Of a stretch of 64,000 bases of DNA, positions 36,330 to 47,857 are shown piece after piece. The notes under the pieces are model-generated. The model was not told the DNA's origin and searched no databases. It saw nothing but the letters and a program-made list of their open reading frames with translations. The translations under genes and the position numbers were made by a program. The DNA is from Chrysemys picta bellii (lineage: Eukaryota): assembly GCF_011386835.1 (NCBI RefSeq), contig NC_088793.1:147870001-147934000 (forward strand). The letters are read 5' to 3'. The stretch's first letter is position 1. Every line of letters starts with the position of its first letter.

Positions 36330-39300
36330 GTATGGCCAGGCCTCAGTGTGCATGCACACGCGTCCCCTGGAAACATCACCTCCCACGCTGGTCCCCAACC
36401 AGCCCCTCCTTACAGAACCACAGCTGCAGTGGTGTTTACAGGATCCTCTCCCTGCAGCCTGGCAGGCTCACCAAGTGACAGGATCTCCAGAAGAGCCCAA
36501 GGATGAGTCCACAGGTGCCATGATCTTGGCAAATCCAATGTCCCTGGAACTTGGAGGTGGGATGGTGGGGAGCTATTGTTGTCCCCAAACCCAGAAACCC
36601 TGCTGCCCTGCCTTCTGCCCTGGCCCTGCAGCTGAGGGCTGGGGGAGCAGCAGCCAGTGCTGTGCTATATGTAGCTCTATGGTGGAGCCCAGTCTGTAGC
36701 ACCGGACGTGACTAAAGCAGCAGAATCAGGTCTGTGGCACTCTCCTCCCTTGGAGGCTCTCCTTGTCAGTTTTCCCATAGCTCATGGGCTGCAAACATTC
36801 TGCACTGCAAGGAGGAAGATGAATACTAAGAGACTTGGCCCCCTCCCACATCTGCCAGCACACATCTGGCTGCCACGGGCCTGTGAGCAGCCAACACCCT
36901 CGCTCCCTCCCTCTTTCATAACAGCTTGGAAATCCCCAGGTCCCAGGGTAGCACTCTTGCTTAAGGTCAGTGGGAGGAGGGGACTCTCTCAGCACTCGCA
37001 GGGCTCCACACAACCCCTCCTGGGCCAAGCAGACCCCCTTCTCCCCACTGCCCCTCTCCTACAATAGAGATCCATTCTCCTGCCTTCGCATCAATGCCGT
37101 ATGGATGTGTCAGATGTAGCTCCCCCTCCCCCCCCGTTACACCTCGTTGGGGGCACCCAGTCTCTTCTCTGGGAAGGCACACGCAGCGGGTAAGGAAGTG
37201 GGAGCCCCTGGTATTCGCAGCTAACAACCCACTTGGCCTTATTTCTCCAAACACATCCAACCTCCCATTAGGGGATTCTGGGTCCAACAGGCGGGTGCTG
37301 TACTAAGCAGCACTATGATTAGAGCTGCCACTAGGGGGCAGTCAGGACTCCGCATGCCCATTTGACTGCATTAAGGCCTAGGTCGACAAAAGCAGCTATT
37401 GGCTTTGAGTGTTCCATGTTGGATGTCTAGGGCCTGGTTCTCAGAGGGGCTGAGCACTCCCCACTCCAGGTGAAGCCAGTGGGAGCTGCAGGTGTTCAGC
37501 ACCTCTGTAAAAACAGGCACAACGGCGCAGCACCCCACTGAATGGAGAACCCTCTGACAAAGGCTTGGGTGTCCTGGTGGCTAATCAGCTGACCATGTGC
37601 TCTCAGTGCTACACTGGAGGCAAAAGTGCTAAAGCGATCCAGGGATGTATAAACAGGGGAATCTCGAGTAGGAGTGGAGAGGTTCATTTACTGTTGCATT
37701 TGATGCTGGTGTGACTGCTGCTGGCACACTGTGTCCAGTTCTGGTGCCCACAGACCAATCAAGAAGGAGGTTGATAAATTGGGGAGAGATTCAGAGAAGA
37801 ACCACAAGAATGATTAAAAGATTAGAAAACAGGCCTTATAGTGATAGACTCAAGGCGCTCAATCAATTTAGCTTAACAAAGAGAAGGTTAAGAGGTGACT
37901 TGATTCCAGTCTATAAGTATCTATATGGGGAACAAATAGTTAATAATGGGCTCTTGAAGCTAGCAGAGAAAGGTACAACACAATCCAATGGCTGGAAGTC
38001 AAAGCGAGGCAAGTTCAGACTGGAAATAAGACAGAGTTTTACTAGGGAGGGTAATTAACCACTGGATCAATTTACCAAGGGTCGTGGTGGATACTCCAGC
38101 CCTGGCAGTGTTTAAACCAAGATTGGATGTTTTTCTAAAAGATCTGCTCTGGGAATTATTCTGGGGCAGTTCTCTGGCTTGTGTTATATGTGGGGGTCAG
38201 ACTAGATGATCACAATGGTCCCTTCTGTCCTGGGAATCTCTGAATCTGGGAACTGGCAGGTGACATTAGTGCTTGTAAGGGTGCTGCAGAATTCAGCAGG
38301 GGTGCCCCAAAGGCTAGTGTGTGTGTCTGTGTTGTGTTGTGTGAGGGAGATTGAGCAGCACCAGCCTGCACTGTCCTGAGGTCCAGGAAGTATAATTAAT
38401 GTCTGCTTAAGGGAGCCTAGAGCTGGAACAGCCGGGGGCTGCAGGTCAGCAGTGATAGGGATGGGAAGAGCTGTGTGGGGGGAGCCCAAGGCTGGGATAG
38501 CAGGGGGGCTGCAGGTCAGCAGTGATGGGCATTGGCAGAGCTGTGGGAGTGGCAGGTAGTCCAGGCCCCTGCCTTCTCTGAGAAAATCTCTCCTCTGCCC
38601 TCCCTTTATGAACTCTGAACCTAAGCTAATTCATGATTCGGTGCCTCCTTCCTCTCTCCCCCGTTCTGGGCCAGGGATGGTCAGGAGATGGGGGGCAATA
38701 TCCACGTATCCTCCTCCCGCCTGTCCTGTCCCAGCAGCAGCCTGCTCAGAGACCCTCTGACTCTGCCCATCTCTCGCACAGGTATAAAGCCGTCTGGCTG
38801 ATCTTCTTCACCCTCGGCCTGGGGACGCTGCTGCCATGGAATTTTTTCATGACAGCCACCAGGGTAAGGAGCTCTGTGCCCCGTGTGTCTGGGAGGGATT
38901 AAGTGTGTGTGGCGCATGCGGCCCATGCTCGTGTTGGCGTGGGAACTGGTGTGCACCAGGAGGGACGTGCGTGAGGCATGGGTAGTGCAGTCTGGGTGTG
39001 TCGGAGGCGGGTGAGTTCATTTCGCTCTCTCCGTTTCAGTATTTCACCAACCGCCTCGGGGATCCCCAGAACACTTCCTCCTTGGAACGCCTCCCTGGGC
39101 TGAACCGCACGTATGAGGGCCGGGAGCTTCCCCCCACCTACCTGCAGGCCAGGTTCAACAACTTCATGACGCTCTGCGCCATGCTACCCCTGCTCATCTT
39201 CACCTGCCTCAACTCCTTCCTCCACCAGAGGTGAGTCTGGGCCTCTGCCCTGGCCCAATCCCTCATCTCCATCCCCTCTGGCCAAGCGGGGAACTCAGCC

Positions 39301-42300
39301 TCCCGCTGGGTCCCCTTCACCCCCAGAGCCCAGCTGGACCAATCCCCACTCAACACAGCCTGGCCTTTGTGACCCAATTCCCCTTTGAGGCAGGCCTGCT
39401 GAAGTGGGTGCCTCCCGCAGCCCCCCATGGTCCTGCTGGTGGGGTCTCTTCTCACTGAGGGGCTCTCTCTTGCCACCCTGCAGGATCCCCCAGAAAGTCC
39501 GTATCCTGGGCAGCCTGGTTGCCATCCTTCTGGTCTTCATGATGACAGCTGCCTTGGTAAAGGTCCCCCTGGAGCCGCTCTCCTTCTTCATTGTCACCAT
39601 GGTCAAGATCATCCTCATCAATTGTGAGTGGGGCCTTGGGCAATCCTGGATGCCACTGGGATCGGGGAAGCTGGCCCCAGAGGGGTGGAAAGAGGCACGG
39701 GCCCCGTTCCACCTCTCCCTTCATTGTTACCCCAGGCAGTGGCAACCCACTCTGCTGCTACAGGGTCTTGCGTCTGGGTCTGATCTCCTGGCGCTGAAGT
39801 GTATGGCTACACCTCCCCCAGCAGGAGGCGCTGTAGGGAGCAGGGCAGGGGCATGGCTGTGGGGGAAGCTCCCAGCCATCCTGGACCCAGCCTCCCCCAG
39901 CAGGAGGTGCCGTAGGGAGCCGGGCAGGGGCACTGGCCATGGTGTAGTGTGGATCCGCAGTTCGTCTTGCAGCACGGGTGGGAGAAGGGCACTGTTCTGT
40001 GTCACCCCTATTTGCCGATCCTCATTATTACCTGTCTTTGTCCTTGCAGCCTTTGGTGCCATCCTCCAAGGCAGCCTCTTTGGATTGGCTGGGCTGCTGC
40101 CTGTCAGCTACACAGCCCCCATCATGAGCGGACAGGGCATGGCAGGGACCTTCGCAGCTCTGGCCATGATCTGCGCTATCGCCAGTGAGTAACTCCCATG
40201 CGGACCCATCTACAGCCCTCCAGTCGCCCACCTTCCAGTGGGATCTGCTGCAAAACCGCCTGTGCCCAGGAGCTGCAGGAGGGCCTGCTCGGTACAGAGG
40301 CGGTGCAGGTTGCCCTTCCCCTGATCCACCGCAGTTCAGAGCCAGCTGCCAGGGAACCTCTAGGGAAGGGCACACTTGGGGGTCACTCTGGGGGGGCACT
40401 AAAATCCAATTTTTGGGGAGGTGATCACTGCAGGGGGTCTCCACAGGCTTCTGCAAACATCCTGTCCTAGGAGAGGGGTGTCCTCTGGCAGATCGGGGAG
40501 GGAGGGGGCAAGTCTCTCCCCTGTTGTTGCTTTCCCCAGCAACCTCCTCTGCCCTTCCCTCACCTCTGGCCTCTCTCCTCTCTGTGCTCCCAGGTGGCTC
40601 ATTGCTGGCAGACAGCGCCTTTGGCTACTTCATCACAGCCTGCGTGGTGGTCCTGCTGGCCATCGGCTCCTACATCCTGCTGCCCCGCCTGGTAAGGACT
40701 CGCCCTTCTTGGGGAGGTGGGGGTGGGGACCACCCAGCCAGCAGAGGGGAGTGTGGCGGGGGGGCGCTGTGCTCCACAGGAGCCATAGTGCACGGGGAAG
40801 CCAGCCTCATTCCTGTGCCTGCAGGTTTCCCCAGTGACACTCCAGTCCTGGCCGTGGACAGCCCCCATCCCTGGGGGCAGAGAGGTCCACCCCACACACA
40901 CGCACATGTGAGCTCTCTGGGTGGTCTCTCTGCAGGATTTCTTCCGTTTCCACTCAATGAAGGACAAGACCGAGTATCGGGTCCACGAGAGGCATGCTGA
41001 GCTGGAGACCAAGATCGACCTGATCAAGAAAGGTGAGGCACGCCAGGGGGAGGGGAATATTGACAGGTGGGCTGGAGGGGGAGCTGGGGACTGGAGCTGG
41101 ACCTGGGAAGGCTATTGGCTCTGGGGAAGCCTGCAGCCTCTCTGCATGCGGCCCGGCCCAGAATCCCGGGGGAGGGGGAAGCAGCAGGCGTGAGCTGTGC
41201 TGGCTCTGGGACTGGGCTCAGGCATGGAGCTACTGGCCACACTTGGGGTCACCCACTACCTTGGGACCTCCCCTTACCCTTCCTATCTCTCCCTACAGAT
41301 GAGCCCAATGGGGTGGAACAGAGTTACCCGAGCAACACGGCCCCCCAAGTTCCCGGCCAGAAGCCCTCCGTCTTCAGCATCTTTAAGAAGGTACGTGAGT
41401 CGGTGACACCCCCTACCCTTCGTGCCTGGGTTATGGGTCCCTGGGTCACATCTCTACCTCCCTGCATATTTGGGTAACGGGTCCTGGCTCTGTTTTCACC
41501 CTCCAGATCTGGATCATGGCTCTGTCCGTCTGCTTGGTCTTCACTGTCACCATTGGGGTCTTCCCGGCCGTCACCGCCGAGGTGAAGTCCACGATCGCCG
41601 GGAGCAGCAAGTGGGGTGAGTGACAGCAGACTTCCTATCATTCATTACTGGGGAGACTAGGGACGGGGCGGGCTAGAAGCGAGTAGACCCCCAGGGTCAG
41701 TGCTGGAGGAAAGTAGGGCTCGGGTGTGGAAGGAGCTACAGGGGAGAGGCCTCAGTGACATCTGTTGGCAACCAGAGAGCTGGACAGGCCCGCTGTGCCC
41801 TCTGACAGACTGGGCGCCAGGTTTCCGTCCCAGGCTTGGGCAGGATCCATGGGCAACGGTGTGGGCTGGGCCCAGGCCCCGTCCTGGCTGCTGAGGAGAC
41901 GTGGAGAGTCGTGTTGGAGGAAGGGGGAGGGTGCGAGCCTGTGCCCCTGGGAGGGGCCATGTTGTTGGGTAAGGCCTGATTTCCCCCTGTCCCTTCTGCA
42001 CTGTGGGGGGCACCTCACGCAGCAGACAGGAGGGGGTGGGGTGTCCTGTCACCTGTCACTCCCCTTTCCTCTCTCTCCAGAGATGTACTTCATCCCTGTC
42101 TCCTGTTTCCTGATGTTTAATGTCTTCGACTGGCTGGGACGAAGCCTCACGGCCGTCTGCTTGTGGGTAAGTATGGGGCAGAGTGGAGGGGGCAAGGGCC
42201 TGGCAGCTGGGCCCTGACCCGTCAGCCAATCAGAGTTCACCTCTCGGGGCTGCCCTGTGTCCTGACAGCCCAGCTGCCCATGCAGGACACAAGGAAGTGG

Positions 42301-45300
42301 GTGTTGGCAAATTAGCACAAGGGGCTCTGCATTGAATTCTGCTCCTGGCGAGGACTGTTGGGTTACAGCAGGGTGCTGGGAGTCCAGACTCCTGGTTTCT
42401 GTCCCTGGCTCTTACCGCCTCATGGCATGCCCTTGTGTGAGTCATTTCCCTGCGTCCTGCCTCAGTTTCTCCACCTGTACAATAGGGATCCTGCTGCTGA
42501 CCCCTACCTCCCAGTGGACTGGGCTCAAGTACAATTGTGTGTATGTGCGAGGGAAGGGCCAGGGGTGACTGTCATGGAGATGTAGGGAGCCCGTCCCCCT
42601 GGAATCCTGTCCTGTCTCTTTTGGCTGGGGAAGCTAAATGCACTGTGAATTTGGGCTGTTTTCCCAGCTGAGTCTGACACGCTTTTCCCAACTCCCTGGG
42701 AAATGGCTGTAACTGGCACCCCAGAGAGAGCTAGCAAGCAAGGGGATGGTGCCCTGAGGGACACCAGCATCTGGGGGCAGCAAAGTACTGCAGGGAGAGA
42801 AGTGGAGAGCCCAGAGAAAAGCGAGGTGCAGGGTGCCAAGGGCATAGAAGGGACCCATAGGTGGTACTGGCAGAAAGCCATCAGCTGCCTTGTGGAGAGT
42901 GCAGAGGGCAGCAGCTACTTGGGAGGGAGGAGCCCAGGGAGCAGAAGCAGATGGGCTGCTCTGGGTGTGTGTGTGACAGGGCAGGAGGGGTGGGGATGGC
43001 AGCTGGCAAATATCTCCAGTGGCAGACATGGGACACTAGCTGGGGCTCTGAGTTACTACAGAGAATTCTTTCCCAGGTGTCTGGCTGGTGGGTCCCACCC
43101 ACATGCTCAAGGTCTAACTGATCATCATATTTGGGGTCGGGAAGGAATTTTCCCCCAGGTCAGATTGGCAGAGACCCTGGGGAATTTCTCCTTCCTCAGC
43201 AGCTTGGGGCACGGATCATTTGTGGGTTTGATCTAGAGTCAATAGTGGGTTCTCTGTAACTTGAAATCTTTAAATGAGGATTGGAGGACATCAATAGCTC
43301 AGCCAGCGGTTAGGGGCCTGTCACAGGAGTGGATGGGCGAGGTTCTGTGGCCGGCGACGTGCAGGAGGTCAGACTGGATGATCGTGCTGGTCCTTTCTGG
43401 CATAAAGTCTGAGTGGGAGCTAGGTCCAAGGGAAGAGCAGTTCACTGCTGGGGTGTGGAGGAGGTGGGAGAGGATGGAGCTGAGGGGTCTCCAGCCGGGA
43501 AGGAGGTTTCCCCTTCAGAGATGGGTAGGTGCTGGAGAAGTCCGAGAGGGGATCTGGTGAATGGGAGCGGGGGCGGGATCCTGTGCAGTTCCAATTAGAC
43601 GTTCCCTTGGTGCTGTTTTCCCGGCAGTGTGGCTTGGAGGAAACCATCTCCTCAATTGCAGCCTCCTTGTAAACAAACCCAGGCTGCTGCTACACAAACA
43701 GCTGGCTGGGGCAGAGGAGGAGCAGCGGGGAGGGCTGCACTGCTCGCAGGCAGTCTAGGGCTGGGCTCACAAAGGGCACCAAATGGGCTACAGTCCCCTC
43801 CATGGCAGCAGTGCCCAAGGCTGCCCCTTCCCTGGCCCCTCTCTGTCTCTTTCTCTTGCCCCCTCGGGCCTGCCCCATATGGTGCCATTGAAGCTCTGGA
43901 GTTCTATGGCATTTGCTTTGGGGTCTGGCCCTGTACCCACTCTGCCCTGGAATTGCCACCTGCCATCCTCCAGGCACGGCCAGCAGCAGGGAACTGAGAA
44001 TGCAGGAGCAGGGCTAAACACCCCCCGTAGCCAGTATGTGTCTCTGGCCCTTCCTGCCTCCTCCACGCCCCATACAATGCTTCCCCCATTACTGTTCAGG
44101 CTGTTTTGTTTGAATAAACTCTTGACAGCATGAGACAACGGGGAGCCTGTCCGGTCTGAGCCAGCCGGCCTGGCCAAGCTAGGATCCCCTGCTGCTGGGA
44201 GCTGCCTCTCTGAACCTCCCTCCCGGCAGTGGGGTCACATCGTCTGACTGCCCTCGCCCTCGCCCCCGAGCTACCTCGCCAGGCCACATCCCCGCTGGCA
44301 GGAGATGGTTCCAAAACAGCTCTATGGAACTCGGATGTGGCTGCATGTGGTTTGGCCTGGCTGATCCGCCGGAGGCCCTCCTTTCCCGGGGTGGGGCCGC
44401 TCAGTCAACAGGACGCTGGTTTTGGCTGTGCCCACAAACCCGCCGACTGGCCCGCCCCAATCCCGCAGCATACTTTGTGCCCACGACTGCCCCACCGCCG
44501 TGCCAGCCCAGCCCAATGTGCCCTGCAGGGTCCCGAGCTGAGGGGACAACGAAGGCTCGTGTCAGACGCAGGCAGCGAAACCTGGCTCAGGGACCTTAGG
44601 GTGACCCCATTGCAACCACTCTGGAGAGGCCTAGGTGGAACTGAGAGGAGCAGCTGGGATGTCCCAGCATCATGTCCATGGGGCACGTTGTCACACCCAG
44701 CTGGAGAAAGACAAAGATGGGCGTCCCACTCTGCGCTGAACCTGCCAAAGGGAAGGGACTGAGCAGGGCAGGTACCAGCCAGAACCGAAGTGTTCCCTTG
44801 GGAGGGCTCACCCCTGCATACTCAGCAGGCAGGAGAAGGGAGACTGACCAGAAACTGGCCAAGCCAGTGCCTCCGCCACTAGCTGGGGCAGGGGTCAGAG
44901 AGCATGGGGCAGGGGAGTTCAGGGAGCTGGTGAAAGCCGACCCGAAGTACGGGCATTTCCCATGGATGGCTGTCCCCTCAGGAGAGGGCGTGGGGCTGCA
45001 TGCGTGCAGGGCTTTCACAGCTGCCTTCAGCCTGTTGTTTTCCATCTGTTAGTTATTGACTCTGCAGAACCCTGGCTCAGCATTCTGGCTCCTGCCGCCG
45101 CCCAGCGCTCCAGCAGCACGAGTCAGCAGGCTGGAAGAGTCCCAGCCCAGTCCTAGGGAATGGGCCTGAAGGGGTTGCAAGAGCCAGGGACTGCGTCCCA
45201 GTGACCTGCCTGCTGACCCCGCTATTCTCCCTGGGGCCTAAGCCAGCAGCTCCAGCGCAGGAGCTCAGTGACTCCAGTCCTCCCCAGCCACATTCGCATT

Positions 45301-47857
45301 GATCGGGGGCGCAGGCAGTGCAAAGGGCATTGCAGGGCAGAGAGAGGGAGCCCGTGTCACTCATCAGCACCCCCTTTGAGTGGGTAGGCACCGCACTGAG
45401 CTGCCTGGGTTAGAAGGGGGGGCCTAGAGTTGAGTAGGACAATGGGAAGCTCCCTCAACAGGCTCCTTCCTAGCCCTTACCAGTGTGGCTCCCCCCTCCA
45501 CCCTCACCTCTTGCTGTCGGATGCACCTTAGTGCCCTGCGGGTGCCATGGGGAGACACCCCTCGCCTGCCTGGTTCCCTGGTGCCCTGTGGCACACTACC
45601 CACTCATAGGTCTGGGTTTTTCTCTCTCTCTCTCTCTCTCTCTCTCAGCCCGGGAAAGACAGCCGGCTCCTGCCCTTCATGGTGGCTGCCCGCATAGTCT
45701 TCATCCCCCTCTTCATGCTGTGCAACGTGCAGCCCCGCAGCCACATGCCCGTTTTCTTCCACCATGACGCCTGGTACATCAGCTTCATCATCCTCTTCTC
45801 CGTCTCCAATGGCTACCTGGCCAGCCTCTGCATGTGCTTTGGGCCCAAGTGAGTGTGACCTGAGGCGGGGGGAAGGGACCCAAGGGACCTCTTACCACGC
45901 AACAGCCCATGCTGCTGCACTGGGTACTGGCTGGTGGCAATTCTGCCTCTGGGCACAGCCCCTTATCCTGAAGGGACTGGAGGTTCCCCTATCTAATGGG
46001 TGCTTCTCCAGTGCCTTGGTGCAGTGGGTTAGGATCACTCTCCTCATGTTACAGAGGGAGAAATGGGGGGGGGGATTCACCCCAGGCCACCCAGGTGTCC
46101 TGGCTCCCAGTCCTGTGCTTCAGCCACAAGTCTTCTCCTTCCTCCACAGCCCAGAGCTGAGCTCAGACTTGTGCCTCCTAAGAGAGGAGTAAAAGCGACA
46201 GGGGCCAGGGCTGATCCCTGGATGGGGGGGCGGGGAGAGCTGCCTCCAGAGCTAGGCAGCCAAAGGCGACTGGCCCTGCAGAGCACTCGGCCAGGGACAC
46301 GGCCTCGTCCCCAGCGCAGGGAGCTGCTGGGCTCAGCCGGGTGGCCTGCAGTCTGTCAAGGCAGGGGGGATGCTGGCGCCGGGAGCTGCAGTGTGGCGCT
46401 TTGCCTGACACTTCGCAGGCGCGTTCTTTTTACGAGCCCATAACTCAGAGCTGGGCACTCATCCCAGCAGGGTGTGCGGATGGGATTACTGCTGTGGAGA
46501 AGCCCTGACGGGAAGCAGTCAGCACCCTCCCTGCCCTTCACTGTGGCTACCCCCTCGGCCCCCTTCCCTTCCAGAAGCAGGTGCCCTTCCTGCCCCCCTT
46601 TCCCTCTCCCCATCACCAGTGTGTGTGATTATCAAGTGGCAGCCATTCCAGCGCTCCTCCCTGCTCCTAGCCTGGCCGGCCTGGTTCCTAACCCCGCCCC
46701 CCTGCTGCACATACAGCGCGAGCTCAACCCCAGACTCCGCTTCAATCCCGTGTGACTGTGTGTGTGACACCCCGGCCCAGCCCCACCATTCCTCACACAG
46801 CCTGAAACAAACGTGCTCCTGGTTTGAGCACCACCCTCAGCGCAGACTTTTGCTCTTCCTGCCATGTTCCAGCAGAGGGCGCATGAGAGCACCACCGACT
46901 GCTTGGGCCGGGCCTACATACACTCTGCCAGTGCTTTTCCAACGCCTAACAGCTGGGCAGTTCAATGAACTCGCTCCCCGAGCGCATTCCCAGTGGAGCG
47001 AAAGGAGCCCAGGCCTCCTGCCTGCCTGCCACCATTGGTGGCCCTTTGCAGGCTGCTCCCCCTTACATGCCATCCTGTCCCCTCCTTCCCTACACTGTCC
47101 GTACCCCAGCCCTTGGGGGGCCTTGCAAACTGGACTAAACTGTTCCCTGTCTGGCACCTGAGGCTTCTTTCTGACGATAGAACAATTGGTCTCTAAAGGG
47201 CCCTGGCTCCCCTGGCCACAGGGCGGGGAGAAGAGCCTATGTGTGCCCCAGGATCGCCCCAACCCCTCACTCGGACCTACAAGCAGGGTTTAAAGCACGG
47301 ATCTGGGAGTCAGGAGACCTGGGTTCTCAACCCATTTCTGCTACAAGGGGTGGGGCATCCAGCAGAAATATCTTAACTGCTCTGTGCCTTGGTCTCCCCA
47401 TCTGTGTGGGGAGCCTAGAGCTGGGACAGCAGGAGGCAGGGTGGGAAGAGACGGGGGGGCAGCCTGCCTGCTCTAGTTCCCACATTGTTCTGCTGAAGTG
47501 CGCATTGAGAAGCCCTTTAGGTCCCTCCTAGTCCTTCTGACGGGGGTGGCGCAGGATCATTCCCCAAGGACAACTCCTAGTTCATTCCAGGTCCTCCTTC
47601 CCTTTCCCCTCAGCCCTGAGAATGGAGGGGGAGATGTGGGGAAGCTGCAGGGCACCGATTCCTGCAGAAGGGCTTAGGACAGGAGCCACCAAGGGTGGGG
47701 GCTGGTGCATAGTGCCGCTGGGCTGACGCTTCTCTCCTCCCCCAGGAAGGTGCTCAACCACGAAGCTGAGACGGCCGGAGCCATCATGGCATTTTTCCTC
47801 TCGCTGGGCCTGGCGCTGGGAGCCATGTTCTCCTTCCTCTTCCGGGTGGTGATCTAG
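36301..47857 (+). CDS. SLC29A1: Equilibrative nucleoside transporter 1 (ENT1), 12 coding exons, 456 aa (span includes introns)
   Basis: Coding exon lengths 29, 82, 191, 140, 135, 98, 97, 92, 109, 86, 200, 112 sum to 1371 nt. All junctions GT-AG and in phase. Peptides MTTSNGPSDRYKAVWLIFF...LPWNFFMTA, FGAILQGSLFGLAG, SNGYLASLCMCFGPK, ETAGAIMAFFLSLGLALGA are ENT1-type. Neighbour HSP90AB1 matches human synteny. Confidence 0.97.
37328..37341 (+). promoter_or_regulatory. CTCF consensus motif CCACTAGGGGGCAG
   Basis: Exact match to the CTCF core in context TGCCACTAGGGGGCAGTC. Binding is not shown. Confidence 0.55.
37545..38247 (+). mobile_element. CR1 LINE 3' fragment (intronic)
   Basis: IQRRTTRMIKRLENRPYSDRLKALNQFSLTKRRLRGDLI.VYKYL peptide and a tail GATCACAATGGTCCCTTCTG...AATCTCTGAATCT. 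Confidence 0.88.
38421..38550 (-). repeat. Two degenerate units of the 70-bp minisatellite family, reverse orientation
   Basis: GGGCTGCAGGTCAG...GAGCTGTGTGGGGGGAGCCCAAGGCTGGGATAGCAGGGGGGCTGCAGGTCAG is the reverse complement of the 51175 array unit. Confidence 0.8.
38782..38863 (+). CDS. SLC29A1: ENT1 coding exon 2 (YKAVWLIFFTLGLGTLLPWNFFMTATR)
   Basis: CACAG| acceptor, |GTAAGG donor, 82 nt. Confidence 0.96.
39040..39230 (+). CDS. SLC29A1: ENT1 coding exon 3 (YFTNRL...FNNFMTLCAMLPLLIFTCLNSFLHQR)
   Basis: TTTCAG| acceptor, |GTGAGT donor, 191 nt. Confidence 0.96.
39484..39623 (+). CDS. SLC29A1: ENT1 coding exon 4 (IPQKVRILGSLVAILLVF...KIILIN)
   Basis: TGCAG| acceptor, |GTGAGT donor, 140 nt. 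Confidence 0.96.
40050..40184 (+). CDS. SLC29A1: ENT1 coding exon 5 (FGAILQGSLFGLAG...AMICAIA)
   Basis: TTGCAG| acceptor, |GTGAGT donor, 135 nt. Confidence 0.96.
40594..40691 (+). CDS. SLC29A1: ENT1 coding exon 6 (GSLLADSAFGYFITACVVVLLAIGSYILLPRL)
   Basis: CCCAG| acceptor, |GTAAGG donor, 98 nt. Confidence 0.95.
40936..41032 (+). CDS. SLC29A1: ENT1 coding exon 7 (DFFRFHSMKDKTEY...LETKIDLIKK)
   Basis: TGCAG| acceptor, |GTGAGG donor, 97 nt, phase consistent. Confidence 0.93.
41299..41390 (+). CDS. SLC29A1: ENT1 coding exon 8 (EPNGVEQ...KPSVFSIFKK)
   Basis: CTACAG| acceptor, |GTACGT donor, 92 nt. Confidence 0.93.
41507..41615 (+). CDS. SLC29A1: ENT1 coding exon 9 (IWIMALSVCLVFTVTIGVFPAVT...SSKW)
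   Basis: CTCCAG| acceptor, |GTGAGT donor, 109 nt. Confidence 0.96.
42081..42166 (+). CDS. SLC29A1: ENT1 coding exon 10 (MYFIPVSCFLMFNVFDWLGRSLTAVCLW)
   Basis: CTCCAG| acceptor, |GTAAGT donor, 86 nt. Confidence 0.96.
42355..42510 (+). mobile_element. MIR-like SINE
   Basis: GGGAGTCCAGACTCCTGGTTTCTGTCCCTGGCTC...GCCTCAGTTTCTCCACCTGTACAATAGGGAT. Confidence 0.65.
43060..43415 (+). mobile_element. CR1 3' UTR fragment
   Basis: GGGGTCGGGAAGGAATTTTCCCCCAGGTCAGATTGGCAG...GGAGGTCAGACTGGATGATCGTGCTGGTCCTTTCTGGC. Confidence 0.75.
45621..45646 (+). repeat. (TC)13 microsatellite forming the polypyrimidine tract of the ENT1 coding exon 11 acceptor
   Basis: TTTT(TC)13AG|CCC directly before 45649. Confidence 0.9.
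45649..45848 (+). CDS. SLC29A1: ENT1 coding exon 11 (PGKDSRLLP...SNGYLASLCMCFGPK)
   Basis: TCAG| acceptor, |GTGAGT donor, 200 nt. Confidence 0.96.
46869..46882 (+). promoter_or_regulatory. CTCF consensus motif CCAGCAGAGGGCGC
   Basis: Exact match to the CTCF core, in the last ENT1 intron. Binding is not shown. Confidence 0.55.
47285..47405 (+). mobile_element. MIR-like SINE fragment
   Basis: GGGAGTCAGGAGACCTGGGTTCTC...CTTAACTGCTCTGTGCCTTGGTCTCCCCATCTGT. Confidence 0.6.
47746..47857 (+). CDS. SLC29A1: ENT1 last coding exon (KVLNHEAETAGAIMAFFLSLGLALGAMFSFLFRVVI*)
   Basis: CCCAG| acceptor, TAG stop at 47855-47857, 112 nt. Confidence 0.96.

Noticed and set aside
44113-44118. Intronic AATAAA in ENT1 as a truncating poly(A) site
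   Set aside because: A single hexamer is expected by chance, with no convincing downstream GU/U-rich element and no transcript evidence.
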